From contig CAYPJU010000014.1 of the NCBI GenBank assembly GCA_964411125.1, positions 5,566 through 69,565 on the forward strand: 64,000 bases of DNA. Reading direction: 5' to 3'. Of this stretch, positions 28,801 to 37,234 are shown one piece after another. Every line of letters begins with the position of its first letter. Within the stretch, counting starts at the first letter, position 1. This DNA comes from an uncultured Bradymonadales bacterium (GTDB lineage Bacteria > Myxococcota_A > Bradymonadia > Bradymonadales > Bradymonadaceae). Below the pieces are notes generated by a model, which did no database searches, was not told where the DNA came from, and saw nothing but the letters and a program-made list of their open reading frames with translations. The translations under genes and the position numbers were made by a program.

Positions 28801-31166
28801 TCGCCGCCCATTTCCCAGCCATCGGCCTCGCCTGTGGTGAGCCGCAGATCGGTGATGGTGTAGTCGAGGAGATCGGGGGCGTATTGCCCGGTGACGGTGA
28901 GACCAATTTCCTGCGGAACGTCTTCCCGTTGGGTGCCCTGTGCGTCGATGACGAACTGGCGGTTGCCGACGAACTGGACGTCGGCGCTCAGAGTGGTGAA
29001 GTCGAATCCGCCGGCAGCGAGGTCGGTGGCGTCGGCCGAGACGGTGCCACGCAGGTCCTTGACGGGCCCCGCGATGTCGATCGTGGCGTCGAGGCGGCCC
29101 GCTTTCTGAGTCCCGGTGTCGGCCCCGCCAGCCGCGAGACTCCCTTTGACCGAGAGTGCGCGGACGGCGCCGGGCCAGGCGAGGGTCGGGCCCAGCGTAA
29201 CGTCGCCTCGAAGCTGCGCGGCGATCGAGCGGGAGGAGAGCGCGGAGGATTGGTAGCGGTCGGCGGAGACGTCGAGCTCCCACCGGAGGCGACCATCGCT
29301 GGGGGCGACCTTCACGCGAAGGTCACCGTCACCGATCTCGTTCCCGACGGCGTCGAGCCCGGCGACCTTCACGCGGGTGTCGGTGCGCAGGGCTCCGAGG
29401 ACCTGCCGCGCGTCGATCGACGAGCTTCCGATCCGGGTGGACCCCGTCGTCCGGACCTCGGCACTCGACAGGGAAGAGTCGGCGGCGCGGAACGAGTCGG
29501 CGTCGGCGTCGATGTCCCAGCTCACCTCGCGCGAGCCGCCCGCCGGGGTGACGGAGGCTTCGAGCTTGCCCGAGCTACCCCTCAGGTAGATGTCTTCCAT
29601 TTCGAATCGCGCGATCTCCCAGGTGGCGTCGGCCTGTAGCTTTCGAACGACGTCGAGCGGGTTCTCGGCGGCCAGATCGAGCTCGCCGTTCGCATCGAGC
29701 CGAACGTCGGCCCGCGAGTCGAGCTTGCGCCCCAGCACCTTTTGCGCGAAGCCCGCCATCGCGTCGGTCGACTTTGCGTGCAGATGCAGCCCGAAGAGTC
29801 CGTTTTCGGTGTAGTGCCCGCGGAGCGCCGCCGAGACGTAGGGGCTCGCGACGAGACCGCGGTCGACGTTCCAGGTTCCTTCGGCGGCGGTCGCGTCGAT
29901 GTAGGCGACCGAGAGGTGGTAGCCGGAAGCCCGCAGATCCCGGACGGCGACGTGGGCCTCGGCCTGCATCGTCTCGAGGTCGATGCCCGACCCGCGCAGC
30001 TCTGCCCAGACCGAGACTTCGTCGACGGGTTCGGCCGCGCCCAGCGCTCGCGCGGCTTCAAAGTCTCGCGCGGCGAGGGAGACGTCGTACCGCGTGGTCG
30101 GCCCGGGGTTGCTCCACGAGGAGATCGTCGCCGCCACGGCGAGGTCCCCCTTGCTCAGCTCGGGCTTGATCCTGACCCATCCCTTCAAGTCCTGCCTGTC
30201 CGCGGTCACGTGAGCGGCCGCCTGGAGCGCACCGCGGGGGTCGAGCTCGGGGAGCGCGCGTCGGGCAGCATCCTCGGAGATCTCGACGAGCCCGGCGTGA
30301 ACGGCGAATGCCGTCGCGTCCGTGGTGGACGCCCACCCCTGGAAATCGGCGACGGTCAGCCATTCGTGGAGCGCGAGAGCTGTGATGGAGCCAGACGTGC
30401 GCTGCTCCTCGACCGTGATGGTGACGCCGTTCGCGCTCAGGCCGCGGGTGCCGGTCACGTCGGAGACGGTCGCCATACCTTCGACCTTCTCGATCTGGAT
30501 GTACGTCGTGGAGTCCCGCTCGACGTGGATCTGAAGCGCGAGTTCGAGGTCGTGAATCGAGGCGCTGTGCGGGAGAGCGCGCGTAATCTCCTCGGGGGTC
30601 TTCACCTTTCCGGCGGCGTCGCGCAGTGCTTCGCGCGCATAGTCGGAGCCCAGGTCGTCGAGGGGCTCGTGGTGCGTGTCGGCCGAGATGTCACGCCACA
30701 GGATGCTGCCGTCGGAGGCGGTGATGTCGACGTCGACCGAGACGAGGGACGGTCCGCTACTCGGCTGCTCGCTGACGAACATTTCCGCGATGTTCAGGGA
30801 CCCCTCCTCCCCGCGCTCGAGGTAGGCGACGATACCGTCGGCGTGGATGTCGAGGCTGACGGTCCCGTGTAGCAGCGCCATTAGCGCGGGCTCGATCTCG
30901 ACCTGTCGGGCGGAGACGACGCGGTTTCCTTCCTCGTCGATGAGCGCGACCTCCCGCGCGGTCAGTTTCCCGAAGACGCTCCCTTCGAGCGACTCGACCC
31001 GCAGATCACCCTGGATCGTCTCCGAGACAAACCCCTCTCCCCATTCCACGACGCGCTCGAGGACCGGTGGAAGGTGGAGCGCGAAGAGGACGAGCAACAC
31101 CAGCAGCACGGGGATCCCGAGCGCGATGGCGAAGATCTTCGCGGCTTTGGAGAGGAAGGATTTCAT
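25881..31166 (-). CDS. tamB: translocation and assembly module protein TamB (AsmA-like, DUF490 C-terminus)
   Basis: 1761 aa. It has an N-terminal signal anchor (IFAIALGIPVLLVLLVLFAL) and a long beta-rich repetitive body. The C-terminus ...EYRLSRRWLIEVEAGTRGAGETNIFWDIY is typical of TamB. Confidence 0.85.
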   Translation of the reverse strand: MKSFLSKAAKIFAIALGIPVLLVLLVLFALHLPPVLERVVEWGEGFVSETIQGDLRVESLEGSVFGKLTAREVALIDEEGNRVVSARQVEIEPALMALLHGTVSLDIHADGIVAYLERGEEGSLNIAEMFVSEQPSSGPSLVSVDVDITASDGSILWRDISADTHHEPLDDLGSDYAREALRDAAGKVKTPEEITRALPHSASIHDLELALQIHVERDSTTYIQIEKVEGMATVSDVTGTRGLSANGVTITVEEQRTSGSITALALHEWLTVADFQGWASTTDATAFAVHAGLVEISEDAARRALPELDPRGALQAAAHVTADRQDLKGWVRIKPELSKGDLAVAATISSWSNPGPTTRYDVSLAARDFEAARALGAAEPVDEVSVWAELRGSGIDLETMQAEAHVAVRDLRASGYHLSVAYIDATAAEGTWNVDRGLVASPYVSAALRGHYTENGLFGLHLHAKSTDAMAGFAQKVLGRKLDSRADVRLDANGELDLAAENPLDVVRKLQADATWEIARFEMEDIYLRGSSGKLEASVTPAGGSREVSWDIDADADSFRAADSSLSSAEVRTTGSTRIGSSSIDARQVLGALRTDTRVKVAGLDAVGNEIGDGDLRVKVAPSDGRLRWELDVSADRYQSSALSSRSIAAQLRGDVTLGPTLAWPGAVRALSVKGSLAAGGADTGTQKAGRLDATIDIAGPVKDLRGTVSADATDLAAGGFDFTTLSADVQFVGNRQFVIDAQGTQREDVPQEIGLTVTGQYAPDLLDYTITDLRLTTGEADGWEMGGEFRADVKEGVFEFRDLTLTKPAADGTTQRVRVDGTYRSGVDQDLQAELENLKLGELASQFGVTGLEDFSATADGSVALGGTHDDPTSTFDIVLSDVMWQEWGPFTIALQGSYDQELLRLQKGVVTGYDLELLNAVAEIPVDVDASFNVEFLRRRNLSATLTVPEFPISALSRPLPDLADMDLGGTAKAVAELRGQVDAPVLRTVVDIEDVTASGEAQGAPYDFGPATSNIELSYFPSARADSGLFFRGALAFQKEKPFEAKARVRAPIADWIREMLEGATVDWASRLENAPVSFSASAEKFDLRNLRVGPLQRADVEGFIDLELEGEGTVSQPDAEIRLGLDDFGWDRYRDIYLDLDASLSRELAEVRSVTLEWDASPILEARGRLPTPFAIIFGNTDIAAVPLDFTAQLMPLPLRKFSAVDYGFANLRGEIQGYLEAGGTMAAPVIDSRVSINDFEFQDKSRGTVAIEIDASDNRANADVRICHGPDAVLEAVASLPVQLDLARWMQSEEPVETFLDGEISGRLLGNDVNVGGLLPREILEDWVQEVDGELDVDLELSGTFEQPVVVGALQVRNGEMFLTGFSRFFRDIQVDLAIDRQGLVDVKTLYLRDERGYAKADGTLRMNGFEPGEIDLAAQLRSLSIAGFADITAFVSADVDATGNLSGTSADARALVSKLEVVIPETSSTTLHPTSLDSDIVIVKNKRRSSDLFTFDDAAAAASRRPYARMVVEIEPNSWIRHPFAEVEIKGEVDVELLSSGALLGGDIRTVRGEAEVFGRRFVIEEGIVTFTGANPPNPLLQIEARYSYDRNVASALGTASDGEPHAIVRVTGRTDDPQIRFYSDPELPEEDVIYTLLTNRPPNEAEVGQSGASDIAAGAASGLAATFLEDQLAQVVPGFNVRVEAGDEGFADPTFEVGRYVGPFFFSIEAKVGADANENAAELNIEYRLSRRWLIEVEAGTRGAGETNIFWDIY

Positions 31167-31167
31167 C

Positions 31168-33417
31168 TCAGAGGGAGTGTCCGATGCCGATGATGATGTT
31201 CCAGCGGCTCAGCTTCTGTTGAATGTTGTCTTCGGCGATCGGCACGCGGGCATTGACCGGGCAGTTGAGGTTGTAGTCGACCTTGACGAGGCAGCGGCGG
31301 AAGCGTCCGTCTTCACGGATGTCGGTGAGGGTGTAGCCGAAGTCGAGCCGCACGGGCCCGATGGGCGTCACCCACCACGCGCCGACACCTGTGCCGTACA
31401 CCAACGTAGACACGAGACTCCCAGGTTCCTCGGGATCGGCCGGTCCCGGGACCAGCTCGGTTCCGAGGGGGCCCGGCAAGATGGTCGCTCCATCGAGGAA
31501 CGGTGCGAACCAGAGGTCTCCGACGTCGAGGAGTTTCTCGATGAGCCGGATGCGCAGCTCGACGGCCGACTCGAACTTGGTCAAGCCTCCGACCGGAATC
31601 GCCTCTCCCTCGAGGGAGTACATGGAGAGTTCCTGGCGGCCGAGGCTTCGCATCGAGTCGGCGCCACCGGAGTAGAGGCGCTGCGGCAACGGTGGCTGCT
31701 TGCCGCGCCCCATCGTGTAGATCGTGGCGAGGCGCGACCGCGCGGCCAGCACCATCGTCGCGGGCCACGGGATCGGAACGTACCCTTCCAGGGCTACCAA
31801 CGGAGCAAAGTAATCGAAGTTACCGCCGAACGGGTTCCCCGGAATCGCCCCGACGTACGAGGTCGCCTCCTGGAACTGGAGCTCGGCGATCCACCCCTTC
31901 GTGGGGTTGAGGAAATGGTTTCGCTGGTCCCAGGCGATGCGCTGTTGCAGGTACTCGAGGATGTATTCGGGCTGCAGCCTGAGGTCGGGGTCGAGCAGCG
32001 ACTGGTCGAGGTTCGAGAGCAGGTAGAGTGCGAAGTTGTAGGAGAACTCGGCGGTGAGGCGCCGGAAGAAGCGTCGTCGCACACCGATCGAGGCGGTCGG
32101 GCTGATGAGCGAGTAGCCGATCTCGACCTGACGTTGGAAGCGCAAGCGGGCCTCCAACTTGGTGAACCGCTCGATGAACTGGGGTTGGGTGAACCGCAGC
32201 TCGCTGTCCAAGATCACGCCGGAGTTCTGGGACCCCGAAGACGCCAGGAACGACGGGGCCCACGCGTAGCCGACCGTGTTGAAATGCTCCAGCTTGCGAA
32301 GCCCGCCGAGGAAATTGCGGCTTCCCCAGTCCGCGCGGCCGTGGATGTCCTGCCTCGTGACGTCTGCCGCGACGCCGGCGCCGACGCGCAGGTTCCAGAG
32401 CTTGGCCTCGTTGAGGCGAATCGTCACGGGGATCACGGGGTCGAGCGCGAGACGCTCCGATGCGTCTTCCTGTGCCTGCCCGATCAGGTCGGAGAGTCCG
32501 CCGGTCGGCTCCGGAGGCGGTGCTCCTGCCCCTTCGACATCGCCGTCGCCGGTCGGCTGCCGCCGCGAACCGTCGTCGATCTGCGGGTTGACTTTGACGG
32601 TGGCGAAGACCCCGAGATCGTAGATGCGTTCCTGGGTCTCCTGAAGCTTCGACGGGGAGTAGCGCTCTCCCTTCTCGAAGGTCACCGCCTCGCGCACCGA
32701 GTCACGTTCGATCGTCTCGAGCCCCTCCAGGGAGACCTCACCGAACTCGGCGAGTGGGCCCGGGTCGACATGGAAGATCACCGTCGCGGCGTTCTTCGAG
32801 GGCTCGATGATGGCCCTCCCCTCGACGCGGGCGTAGGCGTAGCCGTTGTCCTCGAGCTCGGCGCGAATCTTCTCTCGCGAATTCACGTACTCCTGCTCGG
32901 TGAAGACCTCGCCCTCGCTCAGCGACAGGGAAGTGAGGAAGGCGTATTCGGTCCGGTCGAGGACTTCGAGGCCGTTCACCTCCAGGTTCTTCACAGTGGT
33001 GGGGTCGCCCTCGTTGATGGCGATCTCGAGGGTGACGGTGCCGCGCTCGGGATGTTCGTTGACCCGGCTTCGGACGACGGCGGCCGAGAAGTAGCCTCGC
33101 GCCTGGTAGAACGTCTCGATTCGCCGGAGGTCTTTCTCCCACTCGACGTGGTTGAAGGTCTCTGCTTCGACGCCGATCCCGGGGATCCACCTCAGTCCGT
33201 CCGAGGAGCGAATGCTGACGACCTCGGTCTCGAGCCCCGCGCGCAGGTCTCCCTCGTCGACAGAGTCGACCCCGGTGATGGTGAACTCCTCGACCACGAG
33301 GTCGGTGGCGCCAGGGAGAGGGAAGTCCTCCACTCTCGACTTCTGGGCCCCGCCACAGGCGGAGGCGAGGAGAACCATCCAGCCGGCAAGCAGGATCCGT
33401 TCAACAGCAGCGTGCAT
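31168..33417 (-). CDS. Omp85/BamA-family outer-membrane protein with POTRA repeats and lipoprotein-type signal (TamA/TamL-like partner of TamB)
   Basis: 749 aa. Its stop lies 1 nt before the tamB start. The N-terminus is LLAGWMVLLASAC/GG. POTRA-like repeats are present (EEFTITGVDSVDEGDLR..., VKNLEVNGLEV...). The C-terminal beta-barrel ends in an aromatic-rich motif. Confidence 0.85.
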   Translation of the reverse strand: MHAAVERILLAGWMVLLASACGGAQKSRVEDFPLPGATDLVVEEFTITGVDSVDEGDLRAGLETEVVSIRSSDGLRWIPGIGVEAETFNHVEWEKDLRRIETFYQARGYFSAAVVRSRVNEHPERGTVTLEIAINEGDPTTVKNLEVNGLEVLDRTEYAFLTSLSLSEGEVFTEQEYVNSREKIRAELEDNGYAYARVEGRAIIEPSKNAATVIFHVDPGPLAEFGEVSLEGLETIERDSVREAVTFEKGERYSPSKLQETQERIYDLGVFATVKVNPQIDDGSRRQPTGDGDVEGAGAPPPEPTGGLSDLIGQAQEDASERLALDPVIPVTIRLNEAKLWNLRVGAGVAADVTRQDIHGRADWGSRNFLGGLRKLEHFNTVGYAWAPSFLASSGSQNSGVILDSELRFTQPQFIERFTKLEARLRFQRQVEIGYSLISPTASIGVRRRFFRRLTAEFSYNFALYLLSNLDQSLLDPDLRLQPEYILEYLQQRIAWDQRNHFLNPTKGWIAELQFQEATSYVGAIPGNPFGGNFDYFAPLVALEGYVPIPWPATMVLAARSRLATIYTMGRGKQPPLPQRLYSGGADSMRSLGRQELSMYSLEGEAIPVGGLTKFESAVELRIRLIEKLLDVGDLWFAPFLDGATILPGPLGTELVPGPADPEEPGSLVSTLVYGTGVGAWWVTPIGPVRLDFGYTLTDIREDGRFRRCLVKVDYNLNCPVNARVPIAEDNIQQKLSRWNIIIGIGHSL

Positions 33418-33581
33418 CGCCGGGCATAGTAATCACTTTCGTCGGAATGTCTCGTGGAGCGGCGTGGCCCGAGGATTTCGTACCGGGTCCGGACCGAACT
33501 CTCGGCGCCTTGTCGTGGCCGAAGGAGCTTCCCGCCCTGTTGGTGCCGCCGTCGTCAGGCGACGGAAGTGGGAGCCGCAGA

Positions 33582-33615
33582 CTGAACAAGTTGACAGCCC
33601 CGACATGCGTTCAGT
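33582..33615. promoter_or_regulatory. candidate LexA operator (outer inverted repeat CTGAAC ... GTTCAG)
   Basis: CTGAAC lies at 33582-33587 and GTTCAG at 33609-33614. Read as two adjacent 17-mers, CTGAACAAGTTGACAGC matches 13/17 positions of the Myxococcus-type box CTRHAMRYBYGTTCAGS (consensus quoted from memory). CCCGACATGCGTTCAGT matches 13/17. Confidence 0.35.
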
Positions 33616-33620
33616 AGTGT
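33591..33620 (+). promoter_or_regulatory. candidate sigma70-type lexA promoter (TTGACA-N18-TAGTGT)
   Basis: A consensus -35 lies at 33591-33596 and TAGTGT at 33615-33620. It is about 60 nt upstream of the lexA ATG and is embedded in the candidate operator. Confidence 0.35.
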
Positions 33621-33678
33621 GCGAGATGGCGACACATTGGGTCGGGCGAAACCGGCCGAGCCACCTCACGGAGACGAC

Positions 33679-34356
33679 ATGGAACGTCCGGAAAAGAAGC
33701 TCACCGCGCGACAGGCAGCGGTCCTCGACTTCATCACCGATCACATCTCGGACGAGGGTTTTCCCCCGACGATTCGCGAGATCGGCGACCACCTCGGGAT
33801 CAGCTCGACGAATGGTGTCAACGATCACCTCAAGGCGCTGGAACGAAAGGGTTACCTGCTGCGCGAGGACGCCAAGTCTCGTGCGATCCGCCCGATCTTC
33901 GACCCCGACGGCAACCCGATCGACAGCGTGCTGACCTCGGAGGAGCCGGAGGTGCTCGACGAGACCCACTCCATCCCCGTGCTCGGTCGGATCGCGGCAG
34001 GAGCGCCGATCAGCGCGATCGAAAACGTGGAAGAGAACGTGACGATCGGAGAGTCCCTCATCGGGCGTCCGTCGGACGTGTTCGGGCTGGTGGTGAAGGG
34101 AGAGTCGATGATCGAAGACGGGATCTTCGACGGCGACTACATCTTCGTGAAGAAACAGCAGGACGCGCGCGACGGAGAGGTGGTCGCGGCAATGGTCGAC
34201 GGCGAGGCCACGGTGAAGCGTCTCTTCCGTGAGAAAGGGGGGGTCGTCAGGCTACAGCCCGCCAACTCGGCGATGGAGCCCATCTTCGTCACCGCCGACC
34301 AGGCCCGCGACACCCAGATCCTCGGCAAGGTCATCGCTGTCTTTCGGCGCCTCTAG
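33679..34356 (+). CDS. lexA: SOS repressor LexA
   Basis: 225 aa from ATG 33679, with GGAGA upstream. The N-terminal wHTH is LTARQAAVLDFI...GFPPTIREIGDHLGISSTNGVNDHLKALERKGYL. The cleavage site is AAG in VLGRIAAGAP. The S24 peptidase motifs are VKGESM and EATVKRL. Confidence 0.9.
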   Translation: MERPEKKLTARQAAVLDFITDHISDEGFPPTIREIGDHLGISSTNGVNDHLKALERKGYLLREDAKSRAIRPIFDPDGNPIDSVLTSEEPEVLDETHSIPVLGRIAAGAPISAIENVEENVTIGESLIGRPSDVFGLVVKGESMIEDGIFDGDYIFVKKQQDARDGEVVAAMVDGEATVKRLFREKGGVVRLQPANSAMEPIFVTADQARDTQILGKVIAVFRRL

Positions 34357-34357
34357 C

Positions 34358-34396
34358 GGGCCTTCTCACGCCGTCAACGGCGAGTTACAAAGGCCC
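34358..34396 (+). other. nested stem-loop between lexA and mutL
   Basis: The outer 7-bp stem is GGGCCTT (34358-64) / AAGGCCC (34390-96). It encloses an inner 5-bp hairpin CGCCG-TCAA-CGGCG (34369-82). The right arm covers the purine-rich stretch just before the mutL GTG at 34399. Confidence 0.35.
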
Positions 34397-34398
34397 CC

Positions 34399-36330
34399 GT
34401 GAGCCAGACCGCCTACAGAAACGTCGCCGCCGAGAACGTCGCCGATGCGCCGCGACGCGTCGCCGTCCTTCCCCCCGAGCTCGCCAACCAGATCGCTGCC
34501 GGCGAGGTCGTCGAACGTCCCAGCTCCGTCGTCAAAGAGCTCGTCGAGAACAGTCTCGACGCCGGCGCCCGCAAGGTGCTCGTCACGATCGAGAACGGCG
34601 GGCGCGACCTCGTGCGCGTCGAAGACGACGGCTGCGGCATGCTCCGCGAAGACGCGCTGAGAGCGCTCGAGCGACACGCCACATCGAAGATTCAGACGGT
34701 TGACGACCTCTTCACGATCGGGACCCTCGGCTTTCGGGGCGAGGCCGTCCCCTCGATCGCGTCGGTTTCGTGGATGGAGATCAAGACGAAGCCGCGCGGC
34801 GAGCTGGAGGGCACCCGGATCGTCGTCGAGGGGGGGCTGACCAAGGAGATCGAGGCGACAGGCATTCCGGCGGGTACTTCGATCACCGTGAAGCGGCTCT
34901 TCTTCAACACCCCGGCCCGCCTCAAGTTTCTCAAGACGACGGCGACCGAGACCCGACACATCACCGAAGCGCTCGTCCGCCTCGGGTTGAGCCGGCCCGA
35001 CGTCCGGCTCCTGTTGCGCAAGGACGGGAAGGTTCGGCTCGACCTCGCCCCGGTCGACGACCTGAAGGATCGAATCCTCGAGATTCTGGGGAGGGACGTC
35101 TACGACGACCTCTACGCCACCTACGAATACCCGGCGGTCCACGGGATCACGTGCCGCGGCTACTTCTCGAAGCCCGGGCACAACCAGCGCAGCGCGACGA
35201 ACGTCTACACTTTCGTGAACGGTCGCTACGTCGTCGACAGGACCATCCGCGCCGCGATCAAGGGAGCCTACGGCACGATGCTCGAGAAAAACCGGCACCC
35301 GTCGGTCGTGCTCTTCATCGACGTCCCGTTCGACCTCATCGACATCAACGTTCATCCTTCGAAGACGGAAGTTCGTTTTCACGACACGAACTCGCTCTAC
35401 CGGGCTGTGTACCATGCAATCGCCGACCAGCTCGCCGAGGCGCCTTGGCTCGAGCAGGGGGGCGCTCGAAAGTATGCGTTGGGGCGACGTGCGCCCGCGA
35501 ACCCCGACGTCGAACGCATCGCGCCGGAGACGACCTCCTTCGAGCCTCTGAACGCCCGGTTCGACCGCTTCTCCCAGATGGATCGAGGTCGGCAGCGGCA
35601 TCATCCGAGCCCGTCTACGCTGGGGTGGATCGACGCGTCCGACCCGCAACAGCCCTTCGCGGCGCCGGGAGCCGGCCCGCTCGGGCTGCCTCCTCGGGTA
35701 CCGATGGCCGAGATTTCCGACGAACCCCCGGACGGCAGCGCCGCGCACTACTTTTCGAACCTTCGGTTCATCGGGCAGTACCGGCGGATGTACCTGCTCT
35801 GCGAGGACCGCGGCGGCCTGGTGATCATCGACCAACACGCGGCACACGAGCGCATTCGGTTCGAGCAGCTCAAAGCGGTGTTCGAGAGCGACCACAAGGA
35901 GACGCAGCCGATGCTCTTCCCCCAGCGGATCGAGCTCGATGTCATGCGCGCGGACACCCTTTCGGACCACCTCGACTTCTTCGAGCGGGCGGGGTTCGAG
36001 ATCGAACCGTTCGGCGGGACGACCTTCGCACTGAAGGCGGTCCCGGCTGTGCTTCAGTCTGCGAAGGCAGAAGCGCTGATCCGCGACGCGATCGACGACT
36101 ACGCCGACCTCGGACGCTCGACGCGAGTGGAAGAGGCGATGGAATCGATCCTCAGCCGGATGGCTTGCCACTCGTCGGTTCGCGGTCCCACGGATCTGAC
36201 CCGCGAGGAGTGCGAAGCGCTCCTCGTTCAGATGGACGAGATCGACTTCAAAGCCAACTGCCCGCACGGGCGCCCCGTCTACTACCGCATCCCGCTCGAG
36301 GAGCTGGAGATGAGCTTCGACCGGCGTTGA
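34399..36330 (+). CDS. mutL: DNA mismatch repair protein MutL
   Basis: 643 aa. ANQIAAGEVVERPSSVVKELVENSLDAG...VEDDGCGM is the GHKL ATPase signature of MutL. The C-terminus CPHGRP is present. Confidence 0.95.
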   Translation: MSQTAYRNVAAENVADAPRRVAVLPPELANQIAAGEVVERPSSVVKELVENSLDAGARKVLVTIENGGRDLVRVEDDGCGMLREDALRALERHATSKIQTVDDLFTIGTLGFRGEAVPSIASVSWMEIKTKPRGELEGTRIVVEGGLTKEIEATGIPAGTSITVKRLFFNTPARLKFLKTTATETRHITEALVRLGLSRPDVRLLLRKDGKVRLDLAPVDDLKDRILEILGRDVYDDLYATYEYPAVHGITCRGYFSKPGHNQRSATNVYTFVNGRYVVDRTIRAAIKGAYGTMLEKNRHPSVVLFIDVPFDLIDINVHPSKTEVRFHDTNSLYRAVYHAIADQLAEAPWLEQGGARKYALGRRAPANPDVERIAPETTSFEPLNARFDRFSQMDRGRQRHHPSPSTLGWIDASDPQQPFAAPGAGPLGLPPRVPMAEISDEPPDGSAAHYFSNLRFIGQYRRMYLLCEDRGGLVIIDQHAAHERIRFEQLKAVFESDHKETQPMLFPQRIELDVMRADTLSDHLDFFERAGFEIEPFGGTTFALKAVPAVLQSAKAEALIRDAIDDYADLGRSTRVEEAMESILSRMACHSSVRGPTDLTREECEALLVQMDEIDFKANCPHGRPVYYRIPLEELEMSFDRR

Positions 36331-36343
36331 ACCCTCGCTCGTC

Positions 36344-37216
36344 ATGAGGCAGTATCGGCGCCCCCGCGGTCGCCGTCGGAGTGCGCAGGTGAAGGCAAAG
36401 ATTTCAGGCTGGTGGTACGAGTTCCTCGGCGCGGTCGCGAACGTCGAGGCGGAGACCGCCGCCGAGCTTCGAGAGCGACCGACGGGGCTCGACTGGCGCC
36501 TCCTCTCGGTCGTCGCGCTCGGCTGCTTCTCGCTGAGCATCCTCGAGTACTACGGCGGGAGTTCCGACTACAAGATTCTGAAGCCGCTCGTCGGCCTCTG
36601 GCACGAAGAGCCGGCGAAGTGGCTCAAGGATGTATTCCGCCGCGGAGACCGCGCCGAGCTGTTCCGGCTCGCCTACTGGTCGATCTCGACCGTCATCTTC
36701 TACTTCCTGCTCCCCGCGGCGTTCGTGAAGTTCGTGCTCCGGGAGAAGCTCACCGATTACGGCCTTCGGGTGAAGGGGACGCTCAGTCACGCGTGGGTCT
36801 ACGTGCTGATGTACCTGGCGGTGATGCCGTTCGTGGTCGGGGTCGCGATGACGGAGTCGTTTCAGAAGACGTACCCGTTCTACGGCAACGCCCACGAGAG
36901 CCTCTTCGACTTCTTCTCGTGGGAAATCTTGTACGTGCTGCAGTTCTTCAGCCTCGAGTTCTTCTTCCGAGGTTTCCTGATCCATGGGACGCGGGCGCGC
37001 TTCGGGTTCTATTCGATCCTGCTGTCGGTGATTCCCTACTGCATGATCCATTTCGGGAAACCGCTCCCGGAGACCTTGGGCGCGGTGATCGCGGGGCTCG
37101 CGCTCGGGGCGATCTCGCTCTTCACCCGCAGCATCTGGCTCGGCGTAGCGATCCACGTTTCGGTCGCTGTCTCGATGGACATCTTGAGTCTCGGGTTTCA
37201 GGGAAAACTGTTTTGA
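36344..37216 (+). CDS. CPBP-family (CAAX/Abi-type) intramembrane glutamic endopeptidase
   Basis: 290 aa and polytopic. Motif 1 is in FFSLEFFFRGFLIHG. A later His motif is CMIHFGKP. A C-terminal HVSVAV segment is present. Confidence 0.75.
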   Translation: MRQYRRPRGRRRSAQVKAKISGWWYEFLGAVANVEAETAAELRERPTGLDWRLLSVVALGCFSLSILEYYGGSSDYKILKPLVGLWHEEPAKWLKDVFRRGDRAELFRLAYWSISTVIFYFLLPAAFVKFVLREKLTDYGLRVKGTLSHAWVYVLMYLAVMPFVVGVAMTESFQKTYPFYGNAHESLFDFFSWEILYVLQFFSLEFFFRGFLIHGTRARFGFYSILLSVIPYCMIHFGKPLPETLGAVIAGLALGAISLFTRSIWLGVAIHVSVAVSMDILSLGFQGKLF

Positions 37217-37234
37217 AGCCGCCCCTCCCCGTCC

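Noticed and set aside
30847-33429. An 860-aa plus-strand ORF opposite the Omp85 gene. Similar long antisense ORFs lie at 34366-36540, 42914-44725, 52463-54874, 59098-60432 and 7793-9490.
   Set aside because: Each lies opposite a gene with unambiguous family motifs (Omp85, mutL, rpsA, the giant protein, nuoH, dnaK). Each is dominated by Arg, Gly, Asp, Val and Pro, as expected for the reverse frame of GC3-rich coding DNA.
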